Assembly (NCBI GenBank): GCA_918797485.1
Contig: CAKKNE010000006.1
Location: 372,001 to 436,000 of the forward strand
DNA length: 64,000 nucleotides
Direction: 5' to 3'
Source of the DNA: Pelagomonas calceolata
Taxonomy: Eukaryota
Part shown: piece by piece, positions 11,866 through 19,597 of the stretch
How positions within the stretch are numbered: the stretch's first letter is position 1
Layout of the letters: every line of letters starts with the position of its first letter
The notes under the pieces: model-generated
Databases searched by the model: none
Told to the model about the DNA's origin: nothing
What the model saw: only the letters and a program-made list of their open reading frames with translations
Position numbers and translations under genes: made by a program

Positions 11866-12171
11866 TCACCGCGCGTCCCAGCAGAAGGACGGGTAGTCGT
11901 GCTTCCGCCGCTTCGACCCCTTCTGCTTGGGCGGCAAAGGGCGCCAGTTCGCGCCCGGCCGGCCCTGCTCGTCGAGCTCGTCCGAGTAGTCGCCCCTCAA
12001 TAGAGCCGCCCGCAGCCAGGGCTTCGTCGCGAGCCAGTAGAGCGGCGCGGTTATAGCCGCCGCGAGTACAATGAAAAACTGGATGCCTACCAATAAATGG
12101 GTGTAGCGCTCGACGTCGGCCAAGGTTAAGCCGTGGTGGAACTTGTGGTAGAACCAGCGCTCGATGGCCAT
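11866..12171 (-). CDS. Small single-pass membrane protein, unknown function
   Basis: ATG in ACCATGG context, one hydrophobic helix (LLVGIQFFIVLAAAITAPLYWL); 3' end may be spliced. Confidence 0.5.
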   Translation of the reverse strand: MAIERWFYHKFHHGLTLADVERYTHLLVGIQFFIVLAAAITAPLYWLATKPWLRAALLRGDYSDELDEQGRPGANWRPLPPKQKGSKRRKHDYPSFCWDAR

Positions 12172-12693
12172 GGTTTGTTGTTGTTGCTTTTGTGCCGATG
12201 TGAGTGGCTGCCCCGGGAGTCCTTTTCGATGCGAGCAGGCTGCCTCCTGGCGTCGGACGACCGGAAGCGTTCTCCTGCTTGGTTCTCAGCCTCTCACACG
12301 GGGCGTTTTACGCTCGGCGCTGGCCAAGCAGCCCCACCGATTTGTTTTTTAGCCGGGTCGACGGCGCGGTCGCAGCCAAACTTTGTGAGGTTTATGAAGG
12401 AAGCCTAGAGAGGGGTCCTGGCTGATTTTACGCCGCATCCGGCCGGGCCCACTACATGTCTTTGAGGCCACAGCACATCGCATTTAGGCTGGGATCACGC
12501 ACTTGCGAAACTCTGGTAACGTTAGGCATCGTGAGTTATCGTCGTTAAGGCACAGCTGCACAAGCGACAAGTCTCCGGCACCGCTTCCCTGCTTTGCACA
12601 AAGTTGCAGCCTGTCACGTGTAGCCTGCATCACAGAGACGCACGCGCAATCCGCAACTCAAGCTAAAAGCCCACCGCACGAAAAGCAAACAAG

Positions 12694-13542
12694 ATGCTCG
12701 ACGGCATCTTCCCCTGGTCCGCGCCCGTGGCCGGCCTACCGGTCGTTTTATCGGTAGCCGTAGCGCGGCAGTACTTGAGTGGCTTCCTCATTGGGTGCGG
12801 CGTCGGCGGCGTGGTAGGAGCGTCCACTTTGGGAGTGGCTATGTTTTCGCTGAGCGCGCCGACGGGCGAGCTGAAAAACTTCACGGCCGTCGTACCTGTG
12901 GTCAATTGCTGCGCGAACGTCGGTACGGTACTCCAGTACTCGAAGCATGCGAACAGAAGTATTTGCATGAAGATGTGGCCGTTCATCGTGTTGGGCATCT
13001 GCGTCGGTACCTGGTTACTCCCTCGCATCGACGAGGCGTCTCTTAGGAAATTTACTTCTGTGGTCTACGCGCTAGTCCTCGCGCAGTCCGTGAGCGAGTA
13101 CTTCCTGCAGAAGCAACGGGCCAAAAGCGCCCAGAAGGAGGACGACGCTCTGAAGGACCAGAAGAAAGCTTCCGAACAGTTCTACGGGAGATTGGAGGTT
13201 GCGGCGGCCATTTCGATACTTTGTGGGTTGCTCACGGTGCTGACGAACAACAGTGGTCCGATTTTCAACATATATCTGTTGAACTGTGGTTTGTCCATGA
13301 ACCAGTTCGTCGCGACGAGAGCGGTCCTGATGGCGGGCAAGAACGTCGCGAAGGTCGGCGCAAGGCTCGTGGCCGGCTCGATCTCCGTCCCAGTGATCAT
13401 CCACGGCCTCCAGATCGGCGTCATGTGCCTGGTCGGCATCCAGTGCGCCAAGCCCATCAAGGACCGGACGAGTCCGCAGCTGTACAAGTTCTTCACGTGG
13501 GGGGTCCTGCTCTACACGGCGGTGAAGATGTGGTTCGCGTAG
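12694..13542 (+). CDS. TauE/SafE (DUF81) sulfite-exporter-like membrane protein
   Basis: About 8 hydrophobic segments; G-rich SGFLIGCGVGG and NNSGPIFNIYLL half-repeat motifs. Confidence 0.75.
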   Translation: MLDGIFPWSAPVAGLPVVLSVAVARQYLSGFLIGCGVGGVVGASTLGVAMFSLSAPTGELKNFTAVVPVVNCCANVGTVLQYSKHANRSICMKMWPFIVLGICVGTWLLPRIDEASLRKFTSVVYALVLAQSVSEYFLQKQRAKSAQKEDDALKDQKKASEQFYGRLEVAAAISILCGLLTVLTNNSGPIFNIYLLNCGLSMNQFVATRAVLMAGKNVAKVGARLVAGSISVPVIIHGLQIGVMCLVGIQCAKPIKDRTSPQLYKFFTWGVLLYTAVKMWFA

Positions 13543-13698
13543 GGGTTGTAAGTATAAGTCGAGTCGAGTTTCATCTCTCCCGTCCGCGTCGATGGCGTGC
13601 GGGTGGCGCAGAATTCAGATCTTGGACGCCGCGCGGCGCCGCGCCGGGCGTATTACACAAATAAACTTATATAGCCGCGGACCGTCGGGCCCGCGGGA

Positions 13699-14997
13699 CT
13701 ACACGACGGAGAAGCGCCGCCGCGCCCGGCGAAACACGTGCGCGATGGAGTCGTGCTCGACGCTCACGACGCGGCTCGCCGCGCGCCGCGCGCTCGCCCG
13801 CCGCATCCGCGAGCGCACGACCTGCACGGCCCGGAAGCCGCACTGCGCCAACCTCAGCCAGCGGACGCAGCGCAACGCGACCAACAGACGAATCAGCCGC
13901 AGGATCCGCGCGATGAGCGTCGGCAGGTCGGGCAGCCAACTGGCCAAATAAGCGTCCACAACGCCGCCGATGCGTGGGGCCGCCTCGCGGAGCCGTCTCT
14001 TCAGGTCGAATGCCTTCAAAATCCGTCGCGCGATCTGGAGGGGTCCCGGCGGTGGGGGCTTGCACTGCGCCCACCTGTGTGGAAATCAACCAGTGTGTCG
14101 GACGAACGCGCCGTAAAATGTTGATTTCCACACAGGCGCCCACCACGTGTCGTAGGAGCCGACGGCGCACCTCCTCGGTGCCGGCACCGCCGCCAGCGCG
14201 CTCGGGCCCAGCGCGCCCAGGACGTCCGGCAGGAGCCAGCCCGCGGCGTAGTGCCTCATAATGCGGCCGCGTCGTAAGATCAAAGTACCTCCTTTATCCA
14301 CATAACCCGTGTGCAGGTTCAGCGCCGCGTCAGCGACGAAGAAGGCCGACCCCATCACATTAACGTTCGGGTTGAGCACCATCGCGACGGCGACGAGCGC
14401 AGCACAAAAATCCCAGAGGCGCCGCGGGCCCGAGTTCGGATGAATCACGCCCGCGTCGCGGCTCGTCTGGCGCATGAACGTGACCCGTTCTCGTAGCGGG
14501 AGGGCCCGCGACGCGCGCTCCGCGCCATCCGCGAGCGCGTCGAGCGACCGCCGCGAGGTGCGTCGTCGTAATGGCGGCTCGGAGAGGGGCGCGTGCGTCG
14601 GCGGCGACTTGATTGTCGGTGTGGCGGGCAGGGACCGCGGTGAGACCGGCGGTACCGTCGCTGCTGATGGTGACGTCGGCGGCGATGCGGGATTCGCGTC
14701 GAACGTCTTCTCGGCGGACCCGAGGGCCTTGCGGCGGCGGCGTTTCCGCCGCGCTCGCACCGTTACATTGGGTGAGGGCGTGCAGACGTCGTCGTCGGCG
14801 TCCAGCAGGGACTGGTGCGGTCGCAGTGGTGACTGGCGCTGCCGCGGCGGCGTCCTTGCGACGGCGGTCGGCGCTGCCGCGGCGCATGCCTGCTTCTTGG
14901 CCTCCCCGATCTCAGCGCAGTTCTCCGCGCGCGACGGGCCCAGGGGCGCGCGCGGCGCAGGAGCCGGCTGTGGCAGCTCTTCGCAACTGGCGCGCAT
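13699..14997 (-). CDS. EAG/CNG-channel-like voltage-sensor (S1-S4) protein without pore; intron 14075-14143
   Basis: VIHPNS..RRLWD, FFVADAALNLHTGYVD, RHYAAGWLLPDVLG, then after splicing an S4-like RILRLIRLLVALRCVRWLRL and a stop at 13699. Confidence 0.65.
14075..14143 (-). mobile_element. Minimal 61-bp introner plus 8-bp TSD
   Basis: Perfect 15-bp TIRs (14075-14089, 14121-14135); perfect TSD GCGCCCAC at 14067-14074 and 14136-14143. Confidence 0.95.
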
Positions 14998-15238
14998 CTT
15001 CACCACCCCAGCGGTTTGGCTTAAACACAGCCCGGGCAAAAGTTAACTGCGAAAACCTAGCGTATCAACACTACTAGCTCCGTGCTCGACGGCTTCCGCC
15101 GCCACAGGGCGCCTCTGGGCAGCCCACCACACGAGGTTATGCCTTAATAGTGGTATTACTAAGGCCCTGTCGCGAAGGATTTGCAAGAAACGCTGCCCGA
15201 ACACCAGAAGTACCATTCAGCACCGCGAGGCCGACGCG

Positions 15239-16099
15239 ATGGCCGAGCGCACGTCGCCCGCGACCCTCCGGTCGCAGCCGGACTACGAGGCGTCTCCCAC
15301 ATATCTGACGTCGGCGCTCCCGCCCCGCGAGGGCCAACGACCGCGGACGGAGTCGTGCCTGCCCCACGCGCAAATGGAAGCCGAGAGCCCGGACGCAATT
15401 TTCGAGGCGCTCACCGCGGCAGCTTCCGCGAGCCTGGGCGATGGCGTGGTGGAGGGCCCTACGACGGTGTCGGTGCCATCCACGTGGCCAGCGTACCACC
15501 TTTGCAGGCCGTGCGGCGACGCCATGCCGCGCGAGGCGTGCATGACGCCGGGCGGCCCGGCCTGTGGTCTTGAGCTGTGTGGAAATCAACCAGTGCGTCG
15601 GGTGCACCGACAATTCTTCACTAAGTCATTTCCCGGCGATGATGCTGCCGTGCTGGCTCCATGGAGCGGCGAGGAACCGGCATCGCCACGCCATCGAGCA
15701 GGCGTCGCGTCGATGGCGTGGGGGACGACGCGACGATTCAGCACGAACGCGCCGTGAAATTTTGATTTCCACATAGGTCTAGAGTTTGCCCACGTGCACG
15801 CCCGATATATCCCGGGCGACCATCCGACCGCGGTCCAGGCCAAAGCCCGAGGTCTGCCATGGCAGGCGTACCAGGGCGGCGGTCAGGGCTCGATGCACCT
15901 GTGCCTCACCCTGCGAGACGCGGCGGCCGTCCTGGACGCGGGCTGGGGCGAGCTGCACCTGCTCGCCGGAAGGACCATGGGGCCGGGCGCAAAGGTGCCG
16001 CGCGGACTCGTACTCGTCTATGCGCCGCGCACGGCCGAGGAGGTCTCGACGGTGGTGCGGATCCTGGGGGCGTCGCATGCGTTTGCCCGATCGGCGTGA
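15239..16099 (+). CDS. Luciferase-domain (fungal Luz-like / DUF5519-like) protein; intron 15567-15776
   Basis: Spliced EFAHVH..GSMHLCL...DAAAVLDAGWGELHLLAG..VLVYAPRTAEEV..V..IL. Confidence 0.7.
15567..15776 (+). mobile_element. 210-nt introner (longest copy in the window)
   Basis: TIRs CTGTGTGGAAATCAA (15575) / TTGATTTCCACATAG (ends 15776); TSD GTCTTGAG vs GTCTAGAG; internal 12-bp hairpin 15686-15721. Confidence 0.95.
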
Positions 16100-16119
16100 A
16101 TGTGTAAAGATGAAAATTG

Positions 16120-19100
16120 TTATCCAACTAACTGGATTGGCCCCTCAAACGTACTGGAGCTCTGCGTAAGATAAATCTCGTCCTTCACGGCCGGCGCCGG
16201 CGCCGGCGCCGGCACGGCGGCGTAGAGCGCCGGCGCCGGCGCCTCGACGAGCGGCGCGGGCACCGGCGCCTCGGCCACGTGGATGCGGTCCACCGAGAGC
16301 GTCGAGCCAGGCGGCGGCGCCGCCGCGTCGACGTAGGCCACGGCCTCGCGCACGGGCGTCAACGTCGCGCTCGGCGAGCGCAGCGTCGTCTCTTCGAGTA
16401 GCTCGGTGATGTGGTCCAAGCGCTGTCTCATGGATTGTTGGCTGCGACTGAGCCGTATCTTCAGCGACGATTCGCGGCGTAGCAGCTCCTTCACGTCGGC
16501 GCGGAGCTCTATGTGGAACTCTCGTAGTTCCGCGGCGAACTCCTTGTCTGGGATATGCGCACCGACGGTCTCGACCGCCGCCGCATCCTTGGACAGCGCC
16601 TCGACGGCCGTCGCTTTGGACTCGCCGGTCGTCTGCACCTGTGTGGAAATCAAATTTACGGCGCATTCGTCCTGAATCGCCGCGTCGACCTCCACGCCAT
16701 CGACGCGACGCCTGCTCGATAGCGTGGTGGTGTCGATTCCTCACCGCTCGACGGAGCCAGCGCGGCCACGTCGTCGCCGAGAAATGACACACTGGTTGAT
16801 ATCCACACAGGTCTGCACTCTCTCGGCCACAAGCCGCTCAATGGCTTGCTCGATCCGGTAAGTTCGCTCGAGGTAAACATTGTCAGTCGCTAGGCGCGAC
16901 GCGTCGCGAAACATCTCGAGCTGAAGCTTGATGTCGCGGTCCAGCTCAGACAACGAATCGACGTGCGACCTAATCGTCCACATGCGCTTGAACCATCCCC
17001 GCTCGCCGAAGGCCCGCACGGCGGCGTGGAATTGACGCAGTAGCTCCAGCAGTTGCCGCATCCGCGCCTCCACGATCTCCTTGCCTTCTACCAGCGACTC
17101 CGCGTTCTTATTCATCAGCGTCACCAGCTCGAGCACCTCCACGACGCGCCGCGCCGCGGTGACGACGTCGTCCGCCTTGTCCGCAAATTCGCTGGCGGAG
17201 CCGAAGAACTCGTTCGCGACCTCGGCGATGTCTCCCACAAACGGCACGAGAGAGCCCGCCGTGAGCAATGTGTTCACCAGAGACATGCCCGACGCCACGA
17301 CCTGGGCGACGTCTTGGTGCTGCTCCAACGCTGCCTCGTTCGCCATCTCCGTCGCTGTGAGCGCCGCGGCGGCACCGGCCTCCGCGGGCGCGACCTTCGT
17401 GCCCTTGTCCTTCCGCGGGGACGCCCGCACGAAGCCGATGCACGCGCTGACGCCCGCGAAGGCGAACACGATGACGACGACGACGATGATAATGATGGTA
17501 ACATTGCTGTCCTCACCGCCGCCGCCGCCGCCGCCTGAGCCCCCGGGACTTGTTGTTGGAGCTGAGGTCGGCTCCGGCGTCCTTGCAACTTCCATGCACA
17601 CGGCTTCGACGGTCATTCCGGCAAAAACGACCTGATTACCCGTTTCTGCGGCTTCCTTATGCATGGCCCTTTCAATCTCGCCGGCCCCCACTGGAATAAA
17701 TGACACGGCGTTCGCTGCGTGCTCCACCGATTCGTAGCGAATCCAGTAGGGGACGTATACGACGTCACCACTCTGAAGACGTCTTTGCCCCGTACCGTTA
17801 CGGCATACGTCATCACTCTGGAGACGTCTTCGGCCAGATGAAAACGTCACGGTGACCCGGTCGGGGTGGACGCCGTAGACGCTGGCGATTGCCGCCACGA
17901 AGACGTCCGCGAGCGCCTCCGCGTCCGCCAGCGAGATGCCCGCGCACGTCAGCGAGCCCTCGAGGAGGCCGTCGGCGGCCGCGGTTAGCGCGCCCGGCGT
18001 CGGTGGGCGCGTACTGGGCGCGGGCGTCGGCCACAAAGTAGGTAGAGGTGTCGGTTGGGGTGATGGGCGCGTGCTGGGCGCAGGCGTCGGCCGGAAAGTA
18101 GGCATAGGTGTCGGAACCGGAGTCGGGCGGAAAGTAGGGCGAGGCGTCGGGCCGGGCGTAGGACTTGGCGTCGGGCGTGCAGTCGGCGCGCAGCCGCCCG
18201 CCACTTGCGTGACGCCGCACGACGTCGACGCGCACGGAGAGTCAACGAACGCGTTGTTCAGGTTCACGCCGTCGTCCACGCACCAGCCGAGGTCCTGGTT
18301 AAAGGCGAAGGCCTCGGCGAACATGAGCTCCATGCTCGTGACGCTGTGGACCGCCCATCCACTGATGTCCTGGTCGAAGGCGTCGGCTTGGTAGAACACC
18401 CCGTACATATCAGTGACGCCGTCAACCGCCCAAAAACCGATGTCCTGGTTAAAGACCGAGGCGCGGGCGAACATAATGCGCATGCTCGTGACGCCTGAGG
18501 TGTCCCAATCACCGAGGTCCTGGTCGAAGGCCGAGGCGGAAAAGAACATCCCGTGCATGCTTGTCACGCTGTGGACCGCCCAATTACCGACGTCTTGGTT
18601 AAAGGCCGAGGCTTCGTAGAACATGGACCTCGTGCTCATGACGTTGTCGACCGCCCAATCACTGAGGTCCTGGTCGAAGGCTGAGGCGCGGGCGAACATG
18701 CACCTCATGCTCGTTATGCTGTCGACTGCCCAACCGCCGATCGGCCGGTTGAACGCCGAGGCGCCTTGAAACATGTTTTGCATGGTTGTGACGCCGGATG
18801 TATCCCACGCGCCGATGTCGTCGTTAAAGGACGCCGCGGCCGTGTTGTAGTACGAGCACTCAGCACCATCGCTGCAAAACAACTCCGACATGTCCGTCAC
18901 CCCGCCAGTCGCCCACGTCGAGATGTGGCCGTATGTCGTCTCTGCGGATGCGCTGTCCGAGAGCCACGCAGCGACGGCTGTTCTAATGTTGCTGTCGGTC
19001 ATGACGTACCCGAGCTTGCGCCGCGTCATGGACGCGTTTGCAGTTCCGAAGGGCCGGGCCGCCGCCGCGAGCTGCGGAAAGGCCAGCAGCACGCCGAGGA

Positions 19101-19302
19101 CCCGCGCGCGCCCCGCGGAGCTGCCGCGCGTCGGCAGCGCCGAGCCGGACAAAAAGGCGCCGACGCCCGTGACCGCAGCAGCAGCACTCTGCGGCGACGA
19201 CCACCAGCCGACGTCCGCGCCGGCGCGGCGCGTCGCCGCCATCGCCGCCAGGACCGCGAGGGAGGCAGCCCAGCCAGCTGTGCAGGGGCAGCGCCGCCTC
19301 AT
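16120..19302 (-). CDS. Type I membrane protein: DUF285 (BspA-like) repeats, PT-rich stalk, TM helix, cytoplasmic MLKL-N-like helical domain; intron 16639-16818
   Basis: 26-aa repeats (WDTSGVT.M..MF..ASAFNQD); PTP.PT repeats; [34 protein letters not shown] domain. Start codon uncertain. Confidence 0.8.
16639..16818 (-). mobile_element. 180-nt introner
   Basis: TIRs at 16639 and ending 16810; perfect TSD GTCTGCAC at 16631-16638 and 16811-16818; interior alignable to the 15575-15776 copy. Confidence 0.95.
18270..18920 (-). repeat. Tandem ~78-bp coding repeats (DUF285)
   Basis: Recurring GTCCTGGTCGAAGGC / GTCCTGGTTAAAG units encoding the 26-aa repeats. Confidence 0.85.
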
Positions 19303-19597
19303 CGTTCTCGTGCGCGGGGTGCAAGATCCAAACGCCGCAGACACTCTCGCGCCGCGTTGCTGCGCCAGCTGCAATGCCAGACTCGCCGGTCAGGAGCACC
19401 AGTGGGGGCGCTCCGGCATGACGTCTTGCCATGGTGCGGGCTTGCCGTGCGCGCGCCGGGCCAGCTCGGAGTTTGTCTGGAGACGGCAGGGACGCTGAAG
19501 GATAGCCTTCCACGGGACTCGGCTCGTAGAACGCAGCACGAGACAACGCGGGACAAGCAACTAGATATAAACGAAACTTTAGATTCGATAACCCGAC

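Noticed and set aside
12694..19302. Bacterial contamination or prokaryotic island (TauE, DUF285, luciferase-like)
   Set aside because: Genes in this block carry spliceosomal introners and the same composition as flanking eukaryotic genes.
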